Positions 1-8,888 of a stretch of DNA of 61,926 nucleotides are shown in pieces. Under the pieces are notes generated by a model, which saw only the letters and a program-made list of their open reading frames with translations, was not told where the DNA came from and searched no databases. The DNA is from Dehalococcoidia bacterium (GTDB lineage Bacteria > Chloroflexota > Dehalococcoidia > GIF9 > AB-539-J10): the NCBI GenBank assembly GCA_003556385.1, contig PWRA01000096.1, positions 1 to 61,926 of the forward strand. The letters run 5' to 3'. The stretch's first letter is position 1. Every line of letters begins with the position of its first letter. The translations under genes were made by a program, and so were the position numbers.

Positions 1-282
1 CTGTACCGGGGTAGGGAACTCGCCCAGGGCTACATGAGGGAGCCTGTCTGCTAAGAGGGGATATTCTTTGAAGAGCGGCAGCATCTCTACTTCCCTGGAT
101 CACCTTGTGGCCGGAGTTGGACAGCCTTGCTTCTCCGATAGCCGGGCCTACATCTTAGCATTTGACGTCCTCGCTCTCAAACCGTGTTGCGGTCCGATGA
201 CACCGGGTTATTGCGCGGCGAGGCGTCAGCTGATCGTAGTGGACGGACTCTGCGGTCGCGGGCCGGCGGGTGGCGGGATCGA

Positions 283-2283
283 TCAGCTCCCCGGGCGTTG
301 TCCTGCCAGTTCTTCCTGTGCCCTGCGGTAATCGACCTTGAGTCGCTCCGCCTCGGCAGCGAGGCCCTCCCATTCCGCGGTCAACTGCTGCATCCTCTCC
401 TTTAGCCCGGTGTATTCACGGTTGACGTTCACCACCTTCTGTGAGTCCTCGTAGTGCGCGGGGTCGGTCATCAGGGCCTCGATCTCCCTGATTCGATCGG
501 TAGCGCGTGCCGACTCCTGCTCGATCTCTGCGATACGCCGGTTTACCGGCGTTATGGCGCGGTGATGCTCGTTTCGTAGACGGGCTTCGTCCGCCTTGCG
601 TTGACGCTTCTCGGCGGCAGTGGCCGGACGGTCTGGCTGAGGCTGGCTGGGGCGGGGCTCCAGCATCCCTTTACCGCCGTCGGAGGCGGCGCTTTGCGCC
701 AGGTAGTCGTCGTAGCCGCCCGGGTAGACGCGGATGCGGCCGTCCTTCACCTCGATGATCTTGTTGGCTATCTCCCGTATGAGTGTACGGTCGTGCGTTA
801 TAAAACACAGCGTGCCTTTGTAGGCATCCAACGCGTCGGTTAGAATCTCGCGGGACGGTATGTCCAGGTGATTGGTCGGCTCGTCGAGCAGAAGGAAGTT
901 GGCCGGCCTGGTCAGCATCCGGGCGATGGCCACACGGGTCTTCTCTCCGCCGGAGAGTACGGATATAGGCTTGGTGACATCGTCGCCACTGAACAGAAAT
1001 GCTCCCAGCAGCCCCCGCAAGCGCTGGTCCGTTTCGTCCGGTGCTACGCTCCGCAGTTCGTCGATGATGGAGTTCCGGGGGTTGAGAGACTCTATGTAAT
1101 ACTGCGCGAAGTATCCCGTGGTCACGTTATGGCCGAGTGTGCGCTGGCCGCTCTCAAAGGGCAGGACCCCGGCGAGCATGCGCAGGAGCGTCGTCTTCCC
1201 CGCCCCGTTTATGCCGACCAGGGCGGCACGGTCGCCGCGCTCCAGAGCCAGGTTCAAGTCACGGTATACGACATGCTGGCCGTAGGACTTGGCAACATGC
1301 TTCAGCTCGATCACCGCGCGGCCGCTTCGCGGCGGTTCCGCGAAGTTGAATCTTATCTTCTTCGTCGAGCGGGGCACTGTCACCCGCTCCATTTTCTCCA
1401 GCTGCTTGATGCGGCTCTGTACCTGTGAAGCCTTAGTGTTCTTGGCGCGAAAGCGCTCGATGAAGCGCATCTGGCGGCGGATCTGTTGTTCCTGCCGGCG
1501 GGCGGTTGCCTGCCGCGTCTCGATGTCTTTCTCCCGCGCCGTGATGTAGCCGTCGTAATCGCCGCGGAAGAAGACAACGCCGTCGTCTTCAATGCCGATG
1601 ATCTTGCCGACCACGTTATTGAGGAAAGCGCGGTCATGAGACGTGAGGAGGATCGCGCCATGATAGCGTTTCAGGTGGGTCTCGAACCAGCGCTGTGTCT
1701 CCAGGTCGAGGTAGTTCGTCGGCTCGTCCAGCAGCAGGATGTCGGGATTGAGGAACAGGAGCCTGGCCAGTTCGATACGTGTTCGCCAGCCCCCGCTGAA
1801 CTCGGACAACGCACGGCCGAAGTCCGACTCCGCGAAACCCAGCCCGGAGAGGACGATCTCCGCCTCGTGCTCGGAATCGTAGCCGCCCTTCGCCTCGTAC
1901 AGGTGTTGCAGTTCGCCCAGTTCTCTGAGCAGACCGGCAATGGTTTCCTTGTCTTTTTCCTCGGCAAGGTCTGCCTGCACAGCCTGGATCTTACGGGTGA
2001 GCGCTCCCATGACATCGGAAGCTCCGGAAACGTATTCCAGCAGAGCCCGGCGCGACGACGGCTGGACATCCTGAGGGAGGTAGCCGACGGTGGTGCCGCG
2101 TCGCAGCGATACGGAACCGGTGTCCGGCGTGATGTTACCGGCGATGATCTCGAAGAGCGTAGTCTTTCCGGATCCGTTCCGCCCGATGACCGCGATGCGA
2201 TCGCTCATGCCGACGGTGAAACTGACCCCGCCGAACAGCTCTTGTTCGTTATATGACTTGGATATCCCGGCGATATTGAGCAT
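283..2283 (-). CDS. ABC-F family ATPase (Uup/YheS-like, two nucleotide-binding domains, no membrane domain)
   Basis: Walker A motifs GRNGSGKTT and GINGAGKTT. Signatures LSGGWRTR and LSGGEKTR. Walker B LLLDEPTN. No TM segments. The C-terminus is K/R/E-rich and coiled-coil-like. Start placed at MLNIAG (ATG at 2283) rather than the ORF maximum at 2304. Confidence 0.9.
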   Translation of the reverse strand: MLNIAGISKSYNEQELFGGVSFTVGMSDRIAVIGRNGSGKTTLFEIIAGNITPDTGSVSLRRGTTVGYLPQDVQPSSRRALLEYVSGASDVMGALTRKIQAVQADLAEEKDKETIAGLLRELGELQHLYEAKGGYDSEHEAEIVLSGLGFAESDFGRALSEFSGGWRTRIELARLLFLNPDILLLDEPTNYLDLETQRWFETHLKRYHGAILLTSHDRAFLNNVVGKIIGIEDDGVVFFRGDYDGYITAREKDIETRQATARRQEQQIRRQMRFIERFRAKNTKASQVQSRIKQLEKMERVTVPRSTKKIRFNFAEPPRSGRAVIELKHVAKSYGQHVVYRDLNLALERGDRAALVGINGAGKTTLLRMLAGVLPFESGQRTLGHNVTTGYFAQYYIESLNPRNSIIDELRSVAPDETDQRLRGLLGAFLFSGDDVTKPISVLSGGEKTRVAIARMLTRPANFLLLDEPTNHLDIPSREILTDALDAYKGTLCFITHDRTLIREIANKIIEVKDGRIRVYPGGYDDYLAQSAASDGGKGMLEPRPSQPQPDRPATAAEKRQRKADEARLRNEHHRAITPVNRRIAEIEQESARATDRIREIEALMTDPAHYEDSQKVVNVNREYTGLKERMQQLTAEWEGLAAEAERLKVDYRRAQEELAGQRPGS

Positions 2284-2426
2284 GTTGTTCCCTCGCGACC
2301 ACAATTATAGTCGGAAAGGCGGGTGTGGCGAAAGCTGAGACCCGCAGCACGACACCTCTTACGACGGTGCAGCAGGGGCCGGGTTAACGAAGCGGGCTTT
2401 CGTTGCTGCTATCTGCCGGCGCCCGC

Positions 2427-3893
2427 TCAACCCGAGAGCCTTCGTAGCTCCTGTACCAGCCAGACCATCGCTTCGGTATCCCGCTTGCAGTATTCGAGCA
2501 GGTCTGCCCGTACCCTGGCATTTTCCCCTTCTGTCGCGTCACCATAGGCGATCTTCGCATACGCGACGCTGGCATCCATCCCGTCCCCGATACCCAGATC
2601 ATCATAGCCCTTGCCCGTGACCGCCGCGAGGACCTTCTTGAGGGAAGCGGTATCCCCCTGTGAGGCATTGTAGTAATGGAAGCTGCTGAACGGCAAGAGC
2701 AGGTCGATCAGTCTTGAGAGTATGCCCTCCATCCAGTGCGCGTATTCTGGGAAGGCCTGGGTCAGCTCTCTCAAGACCGCCTCCTCAAAGCCGGCACTAT
2801 AGGCGATGATGCTCCCGTCAGAACCGAGTAGCGCCTGTAGTTTGCGCAGAATCTGCGGCCTGGGGTCTTCTCTCCCCTCAGCCAGGAATGAGTGATGCAC
2901 CGGTTCCGCTTCGGCGTGTTCCACAATATGCAGCGAAAACTGAAACGGCAGGTCCTGGTAAGGTCTCATGCCGTCATATACCGGTATCGCCGGCGCCATC
3001 GTCTCGAAGTCCAGATAGTGGAGAGGGTACCTCAGCTTATCGAGGAACACCCGTATCTCCTCCTTTTCGACGTGAGCGGCGCCTGTCGTGACGCATTCCT
3101 TCTGAATCTGTTGCTGCCTCGAGAGTGGAACATGGTCGGGAATATCGGTGATGCATACGATGCCCTGTTTGTACAGGGAGAACTGCGCGGTCTTGCCGCC
3201 CCGCAGATCGAAGATGCTGTTCTCAGGCAGGAAGTCCCAGCATTCGGCACGGAGCCCGCATTCGTATGGCCCCAGGCAGTGCTCCCCAATGGCGGTGTCG
3301 GGACACGTGTTGCCGGAGATGAGCTCGAGTAGTTCGAGGACTCGTTCCTCCATGTGGCGTCCTCTCTCCTCCACCAGGGCGGAGACATCTTCGAGGACGA
3401 AAAACTGCTGCGGGTCTATTGGGCCGTTCTTGACGTATTGCCTGTTGATGTAACCCAGTCTACAGCCCTCAATCGCCAACCCCGCTTTCTCACAACAGTA
3501 TTTCTGAAAAGCCAGGTCCTCAATGTGCACGTCCTTGACCGACGTACTGGACTTTATCTCGATTATCTCCCACGCCCGTTCGTCCACCGGGTTCAGTATG
3601 TCTACTCTGGAGTAGGTCCTTCCGCTGAGGATACCCGCTTCGAAAAGAGGCCTTCTTCCGGCCAGGAGTCTTCTCGTTGCATGGATGTTCCCCATGAAGT
3701 CGTCATGTGGAACACCGATGCCGCCGGGAAACAGTTGCCTGGCATACGCGCCGACCAGGTGCCCCTGGTCGAATACATGCTGGGTGACCGTATCTACCCC
3801 GGGAATGCTCTGGGGCCTGTTCACCTGCATCCAGACCAGCCTGGGGCACTGGACTCCTGCCAGGTATTTGGATTTGGATAGTAGACGCGGCAT
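2427..3893 (-). CDS. DUF2779-family protein (PD-(D/E)xK-like N-terminal nuclease fold plus DnaQ/RNase-H-like C-terminal region)
   Basis: N-terminus LSKSKYLAGVQCPRLVWM is typical of DUF2779. The D...EIIEIKSS motif is PD-(D/E)xK-like. A later YLDFET motif is of the Exo-I type. Confidence 0.7.
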   Translation of the reverse strand: MPRLLSKSKYLAGVQCPRLVWMQVNRPQSIPGVDTVTQHVFDQGHLVGAYARQLFPGGIGVPHDDFMGNIHATRRLLAGRRPLFEAGILSGRTYSRVDILNPVDERAWEIIEIKSSTSVKDVHIEDLAFQKYCCEKAGLAIEGCRLGYINRQYVKNGPIDPQQFFVLEDVSALVEERGRHMEERVLELLELISGNTCPDTAIGEHCLGPYECGLRAECWDFLPENSIFDLRGGKTAQFSLYKQGIVCITDIPDHVPLSRQQQIQKECVTTGAAHVEKEEIRVFLDKLRYPLHYLDFETMAPAIPVYDGMRPYQDLPFQFSLHIVEHAEAEPVHHSFLAEGREDPRPQILRKLQALLGSDGSIIAYSAGFEEAVLRELTQAFPEYAHWMEGILSRLIDLLLPFSSFHYYNASQGDTASLKKVLAAVTGKGYDDLGIGDGMDASVAYAKIAYGDATEGENARVRADLLEYCKRDTEAMVWLVQELRRLSG

Positions 3894-4099
3894 CGTATTC
3901 TAGGTATGCCCGAAGTCGACATAATACGTTGTGCGTCGTGCTTCGGCTGTCGTAGTCATCGGTCGGGCATGTCTATATTATCTCAATTCGCATTGTCCGG
4001 CCACCCTGCTTGTGTTTCGCCTGCGGCCCTGGCGGGCAAAACCGGCCGGCCCCGCGCTCCGGGCCCGAAGCGCCGGCCGACCTTCCGGATTGCGGCCGG

Positions 4100-4849
4100 T
4101 CAGCCGGTCATGACAAACACCACCAGCAGACCCACGATGAGGCCTGCGATTGAGACATGGCTGTTTAGCCTGTTCGACTGAGGGATCAACTCATCGCTGG
4201 CTATATAGACCATAGCTCCGGCTGCGAACGCCAGTCCGCCGCCTATGAACAGTGGAGAGATCTGAAAGAACAATAATCCCAGCCCCGCGCCGAGCGGTGT
4301 CACCAGACCGATCAAGAGGGTGAGCAGGAGTACCCTGGCCACCGACAGCCCCCCGGCCCGCAGGATGCCGGCCGCAGCGATGCCTTCCGGGATGTTATGC
4401 AGTGCGATCGCAATGGCCACGTATAGCCCCAACTGCGGACTCGCCTCCACGCCTGCTCCGATCGCCAGGCCCTCGGGCAGGTTATGCAGGGCAAGACCAA
4501 AGAAAACCAGGTAGCCGACCCGCAGCATTTGTTTCTTGTAGGCCTGAGCATCGGGCATGTGCTCAAGCGTCAACTGGCTGTTTGTGGAGACATGGGCGTG
4601 CGGGATGAGCCGGTCCAGCGCATACATTATGGCGGCACCCAGCAAGAATCCCACCGAGGCGATCAGCACTGTACCAAGGTCCAGTGCCTCGGGCATGAGG
4701 TCGAAGAATGAAATGGCCAGCATTACTCCGGCGGCAAACCCTAACAGCCCCGAGAGTAGCCTGGGACCGGGTTTGCCGAACACCACGATTACTACCGCAC
4801 CCAGGACGGTAGAGATTCCGGCCAGAAAGCTATACAGGAAGCTCTCCAT
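4100..4849 (-). CDS. ZIP family divalent metal transporter (ZupT-like)
   Basis: About 8 predicted TM segments. Paired signature motifs HNLPEGLAIG and HNIPEGIAAA. GGAGG RBS upstream of the ATG. Confidence 0.88.
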   Translation of the reverse strand: MESFLYSFLAGISTVLGAVVIVVFGKPGPRLLSGLLGFAAGVMLAISFFDLMPEALDLGTVLIASVGFLLGAAIMYALDRLIPHAHVSTNSQLTLEHMPDAQAYKKQMLRVGYLVFFGLALHNLPEGLAIGAGVEASPQLGLYVAIAIALHNIPEGIAAAGILRAGGLSVARVLLLTLLIGLVTPLGAGLGLLFFQISPLFIGGGLAFAAGAMVYIASDELIPQSNRLNSHVSIAGLIVGLLVVFVMTG

Positions 4850-5014
4850 GATACGGTCCTCCTTTCAGGATAATGCTCCAGCTTCCGCACTGGTCTACAC
4901 TCAGTGTTCTGCTCCCTTACGGAGATTACACACATCGGCCACGTGACGGCTTCACACAACTCCCGGACTCCCTGGAAAGTAAGCCTGGCCTAACATCGCA
5001 GAGCAAAAAAATCA

Positions 5015-5506
5015 TCAGGACTCGCGGTCCAGCACGCCCTCTATTACCCGCGCGTCCTGTCCCTCATCGACGTAGCGGTTGAACACCGCCGCCCAGTCCG
5101 GCCTGCCCGGATAACACTGCATGACCAGACTTATGAACTTCTCCAGGCGGTGGATGCTCTCACGGCTCAGGGCATGCTCCATAGCACAGGCATCGTGCTC
5201 GGCTACGGCGGAGTCTACCATCAGAATGTCGGTGAGGAAATCGAACAGCGCTTTGTGACGCCTGCAGACTTCATCGGCAAGGCGGGCGCCGTCAGGCGTC
5301 AGTTCCACGTCACCGTATCTCTCGTGGATCACCAGGCCGGCATCCGACAGCTTTCTCAGCGCCCAGCCCACGCTGGGCTTCTTGACGCCGACAGACTTGC
5401 TGAGCGCCGTCACCGTGGCCTTCCCGTCCCGCTTCTTCAGGACGGCTATGGCCTCCAGGTAGTCTTCCAGCGAAGGCGTCGGTCTATCGTCGGTGCTGCT
5501 CATCAT
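5015..5506 (-). CDS. DtxR/MntR family metal-dependent transcriptional repressor
   Basis: N-terminal wHTH (LEDYLEAIAVLKKRDGKATVTALSKSVGVKKPSV). Dimerisation/metal-site region RHKALFDFL...H. Sits upstream of the ZIP transporter on the same strand. Confidence 0.85.
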   Translation of the reverse strand: MMSSTDDRPTPSLEDYLEAIAVLKKRDGKATVTALSKSVGVKKPSVGWALRKLSDAGLVIHERYGDVELTPDGARLADEVCRRHKALFDFLTDILMVDSAVAEHDACAMEHALSRESIHRLEKFISLVMQCYPGRPDWAAVFNRYVDEGQDARVIEGVLDRES

Positions 5507-5522
5507 ACTCCAGATTTGCCCG

Positions 5523-5572
5523 TTTGTTAGAGACGTCTAACAAAGATAGCATGCCCGGTCAATTTGTGTCAA
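5523..5572 (-). promoter_or_regulatory. Putative promoter of the DtxR-family gene with an overlapping inverted-repeat operator
   Basis: Minus-strand TTGACA (5572-5567), 18 nt spacer, TATCTT (5548-5543). This is followed directly by the inverted repeat TTTGTTAG-N6-CTAACAAA (5523-5544). The repeat has TTAG/CTAA half-sites like DtxR/MntR boxes. Confidence 0.5.
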
Positions 5573-5797
5573 GATGACCGGGGCGATGAGGCGTGATATG
5601 CTGCACAGACGATCGCATAGTAACAGCAAGGCCGGTAAGGGAGGCCGTCCCCGTTGAAAAATGCCAATGAGTGCACTAGAATCCGGGCCGACGCTGCTAT
5701 GCTAGAAATCAGTCGGCACGTGCGGGAGGACCTACAGGGTGGCGCTGACGTTATCGAGAGCGATAGTCTGTCCTGTGGCGGGTGCGTCTAGAAGATC

Positions 5798-6409
5798 ATG
5801 TTGCCGGAAATCGTCGTCGCGTCCCTTCTACTTGTCTCTATGGCAGGTTTCTTCTCGGTTAACCTGCACAACATGCGGAAAGGCCGCCGTCGAGAGGTCG
5901 GGGTAGAGGCGGGCGCAGAGGTGCGGCACCCTCGTCTATCTACAGCTATGGTGGCAGCCGGCACGCTGCTCTACTTCGTGGTGGCGTTTGCCTATCTGGC
6001 TCTGGTGTTCTCCGGGTGGGAGTCCCTGCTAGATCGTGCTCGTTTTCCCATAACGCCCTATGTACAGGTTCCCGGTCTGGTGCTCTCCGCGGCGGGATAC
6101 GGCATATTCATCTGGAGCGTGGTGGCGCGGGGCAAATATGCGGTATCCTGGGCGATGCCGGAGGACCAGAGACTGGTCACCTGGGGGCCGTACGCCTACG
6201 TGCGCCATCCTTCCTATGTGGCCTACTTCCTGATGTTTGCCGGCCTGTTCTTGTTGTGGCCCGGCGTGTTCACGGTTCTGCCCTGGGTGGGCATTCCCGG
6301 TTACATCCGCGCCACTTTCGAGGAAGAAAAGCTCCTGGTGCAGCGCTTCGGCGCAGACTACGTGGAGTATAAAAGGAAGGCAGGGCGGTTCTTGCCGAGA
6401 TTTCGATAG
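5798..6409 (+). CDS. Isoprenylcysteine carboxyl methyltransferase (ICMT)/phospholipid methyltransferase family membrane protein
   Basis: Multi-TM protein with a C-terminal GPYAYVRHPSYVAYFLMFAGL motif, characteristic of the ICMT/PEMT family. Confidence 0.75.
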   Translation: MLPEIVVASLLLVSMAGFFSVNLHNMRKGRRREVGVEAGAEVRHPRLSTAMVAAGTLLYFVVAFAYLALVFSGWESLLDRARFPITPYVQVPGLVLSAAGYGIFIWSVVARGKYAVSWAMPEDQRLVTWGPYAYVRHPSYVAYFLMFAGLFLLWPGVFTVLPWVGIPGYIRATFEEEKLLVQRFGADYVEYKRKAGRFLPRFR

Positions 6410-6556
6410 CGGCTCTGGCTGGCATGATTATCGCCCGGGAACACCGGTATCGTCCGGCCCTCCTGCCAATGATGGCCGGGGCGTGCCAGACCGACCCGGC
6501 CTGAGAAACTGCCTTGCCCATGCCGGCCCGGCCTTGCCGGCGCCTAATCCATTGAT

Positions 6557-8287
6557 TCAGGTAAGGGCGCGACTCTGTATTGCCATTCCGTAGGCATTCT
6601 TGGCATACTGCGAGACCATGCGCTGTGCGTTGAAGAACGGACCGTTTATGGCTATCGCCGAGCGCATCATCTCAAGGAACGCCACCGGTCTTGTATAGAA
6701 GGTGGGCAGTACCAGGTACTCCAGCTTTCTGTGGAGGGAGGCTGCTTCTGCCGCGGAATCGCTGGCCAGTTGCCAGCTGTCCCCGATGGACCATCCCGTA
6801 ACGCCTTCCAGGTGGCCTTCGATCCACCATCCGTCGAGCACGCTCAGACTCGGCACTCCATTCAGCGCCGCCTTCATGCCGCTGGTACCGGAGGCTTCCT
6901 GGGGCTTGTGCGGTGTGTTGACCCATATATCCACACCGGAGCAAATGCGGTGGCCCAGCACCATGTCGTAGTCTTCGAGGTAAACTACAGGCACCTCGTC
7001 TCTGACGGCAGCGATGGCCTCAAACACGCGGCGTATGAGCGCTTTCCCGCCTTCATCGCGTGGGTGGGCCTTGCCCGCGTAGATGATCTGCAGCGGTCCC
7101 ACCTGGCGGGCTATCCTCCGCAGGTGGTCCAGGTCGGAGAGAAGGAGGTCGGCTCTCTTGTAAGTCGAAGCCCGCCGGGCAAAACCGAGGGTCATCACCT
7201 GCGGGTCCAGTTCGACGCCGGAACGCAGTCTCACCTCATCCAGTAAGGCTCGTTTTGCTTCGCTGTGGGCGTGCCGGATCTCGTCGAGAGGGATGCCTAT
7301 CGCGTATCTCAAGTAGAGGTTATCGGTGTGCCATTCGGGAATATACTTATCGTACAGGCGCTGGAAGGGCTCGGCTATCCAGGAACCGGCGTGCACCCCG
7401 TTGGTAATGGAGTTGATGGGATAGCTGGGGAACATGTCGCGAGAGATCTGTCCGTGGCGCATGGCTACCCCGTTCACGTATCGTGACAGGCAGAGAGCAA
7501 GGTAGGTCATGTTCAGTGTCTCGCCCATACAGCACTCGGTCAACAGCAGGGTATCGACCCTCTCCTCGCCCAGCACCCGTCGTGCCAGATCGAGCGGGAA
7601 CTGATCATGCCCCGCGGGCACCGGTGTGTGCGTTGTGAACACACAGTGCCGGCGGATTTCGTCTTTCTGCGCCTCGGTAGGAGCGGCGCCTGTCTTGTGC
7701 GTGTACTCCTCAATCAGCGCCAGGGTCAACAGGGCGGAGTGGCCCTCGTTCATATGGTGTGACTGTATCTCTTTGTGGCCCATGGAGCGCAGCATGGCTA
7801 TGCCCCCTATCCCCAGGACCACCTCCTGGCACAGGCGGTAGTGGTTATCACCGCCGTAAAGGTGGTCTGTAAGCGTGCGATCCCATTCGCTGTTCTCGGC
7901 AAGCGATGTGTCCAGGAAGTAGACCGGCACGATATGGCCTCCGAAGCCCCGTACATTGTATCGCCAGCCACGTATGTGCACAGTGCGTCCTTCTATCGTC
8001 ACCCGCGCGCGTGGTTCTACAGATTCGAGCACCTCTTCGGGGGACCACTCGACAGGGCTCTCGGACTGGTTTCCGTGCTCGTCCAGGTGCTGGCGGAAAT
8101 ACCCCTTGCGGTACAGCAGGGTCATCCCGACTACGGGTATACCCAGGTCGGCGGATGCGCGGAGCGTGTCTCCCGCCAGGATGCCCAGCCCTCCGCTGTA
8201 CGTAGGTATGCCGGCGTCTACGCCTACTTCCATTGAGAAGTAGGCGATCGTGGCCGGGCCAAACGATGCTGTGGATGCGTCTGACAT
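6557..8287 (-). CDS. glgP: Alpha-glucan (glycogen/maltodextrin) phosphorylase, short GT35 form
   Basis: Motifs YFSMEVG, SGGLGILAGD, TNGVH. PLP-lysine region EASGTSGMKAALNG. GGAGGTG RBS. Confidence 0.9.
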   Translation of the reverse strand: MSDASTASFGPATIAYFSMEVGVDAGIPTYSGGLGILAGDTLRASADLGIPVVGMTLLYRKGYFRQHLDEHGNQSESPVEWSPEEVLESVEPRARVTIEGRTVHIRGWRYNVRGFGGHIVPVYFLDTSLAENSEWDRTLTDHLYGGDNHYRLCQEVVLGIGGIAMLRSMGHKEIQSHHMNEGHSALLTLALIEEYTHKTGAAPTEAQKDEIRRHCVFTTHTPVPAGHDQFPLDLARRVLGEERVDTLLLTECCMGETLNMTYLALCLSRYVNGVAMRHGQISRDMFPSYPINSITNGVHAGSWIAEPFQRLYDKYIPEWHTDNLYLRYAIGIPLDEIRHAHSEAKRALLDEVRLRSGVELDPQVMTLGFARRASTYKRADLLLSDLDHLRRIARQVGPLQIIYAGKAHPRDEGGKALIRRVFEAIAAVRDEVPVVYLEDYDMVLGHRICSGVDIWVNTPHKPQEASGTSGMKAALNGVPSLSVLDGWWIEGHLEGVTGWSIGDSWQLASDSAAEAASLHRKLEYLVLPTFYTRPVAFLEMMRSAIAINGPFFNAQRMVSQYAKNAYGMAIQSRALT

Positions 8288-8582
8288 AGGATCACCTCCT
8301 CTTCTGTGTCACCATGCTCGGGACACGCTCTTCCATCAAGAATGGGTACTGTTCACGCGCCCTCGTCATCAACCAGGAAGCCAGGTTCGCCGGCACCCTC
8401 CGCCGGAGCTGGCCCATGCCCGGCTACAGGGGCGAAGTGTAACACAACCTGACCCTCAGCGCACCATGCGCCCGCGCCTTCACTTGGCTTTCATATTGCG
8501 ATCGCGCCACCTGGTATGCTGGAGACACCTGTGGGGCAGGGCCAGGGGCCGCCATGCCCCCGGCCACTGAAGCAGAAAAGAA

Positions 8583-8689
8583 GTACCCCAAGCAACCTCG
8601 CACTCCTTGGATTCCTCCCCTCCTCCTTTCGACTATCGCCTACTCAGGGTCGGTTCCTCGTCCACCAACTGCTCGGCTACTCGGGGTAC
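8583..8689 (-). ncRNA. Candidate structured RNA, copy A (unassigned family; paralogue at 20438-20580)
   Basis: The 5'/3' ends pair (GUACCCCGAG with CUUGGGGUAC). Internal hairpin UUGGU-GGACGAGGA-ACCGA. The GAGUAGNCGA motif occurs twice. A U-rich tract follows. It has its own promoter. A second copy shows compensatory changes. It does not resemble coding sequence. Confidence 0.45.
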
Positions 8690-8695
8690 TTTCAT

Positions 8696-8725
8696 ATAAT
8701 ATCACACCAGCGGCCGGCTTGTCAA
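8696..8725 (-). promoter_or_regulatory. Sigma-70-type promoter with extended -10 driving RNA candidate A
   Basis: Minus-strand TTGACA (8725-8720), 18 nt spacer, TGaTATTAT (8704-8696). The same geometry is present at copy B. Confidence 0.55.
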
Positions 8726-8888
8726 ATTTTCTTCGCGAACACTGCAGATCGGTTGCGCCAGCCATGTCCGGGAAAATTTGCGGCCCGCAGGGTATGCGCG
8801 GTTCGTAGACCCTGTGCCCGATTCCATTGACAGAAGATAACCCGCTGGCCCATAATCCCACTCAGACTGATTAACACTGGGAGGACCG

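Noticed and set aside
1-282. ORFs at the window start (68-331 +, 155-373 -, 184-405 +), and a possible C-terminal fragment of a plus-strand gene ending at the TAA at 52-54.
   Set aside because: The ORFs overlap the ABC-F gene's 3' end or lack any recognisable sequence features or RBS. The 17-codon fragment is too short to assign.
3900-4099. Searched intergenic regions (3900-4099, 5545-5797, 18953-19221, 30977-31174 and others) for tRNA, tmRNA, SRP or RNase P signatures, and for riboswitches upstream of the pur, ser, aro and tyrS genes.
   Set aside because: No T-loop (GGTTCGAATCC-like) or acceptor-stem patterns were seen. No T-box specifier/antiterminator was seen. No purine, ZTP, TPP, SAM or FMN riboswitch core sequences were recognised by eye. 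A covariance-model scan is still needed to be sure.
8555-8572. B12-box-like string GCCCCCGGCCACTGAAG on the plus strand upstream of the acyl-CoA ligase gene.
   Set aside because: This is an isolated short match. The other cobalamin-riboswitch elements (the GGUG...AAnAGGGAA and GGUGnGAAUCC regions) are missing. The gene context does not suggest B12 regulation.
8640-8665. Hammerhead-like CUGA...GAAA core within the RNA candidate (CUGAGUAGGCGAUAGUCGAAAGG).
   Set aside because: The core reads CUGAGUAG rather than CUGANGA. Copy B has CAGAGUAG. The required G8/A9 positions and a cleavage-site helix are absent.
8583-8689. Interpretation of the two repeated elements as a MITE, because their ends form a 10-bp terminal inverted repeat (GTACCCCAAG / CTCGGGGTAC).
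   Set aside because: Not fully excluded, but less likely. Conservation extends outside the inverted repeat to the promoter hexamers only, while the spacers diverge. The stem differences are compensatory. The length difference is a self-contained hairpin. No target-site duplication is evident. No transposase is present in the window.
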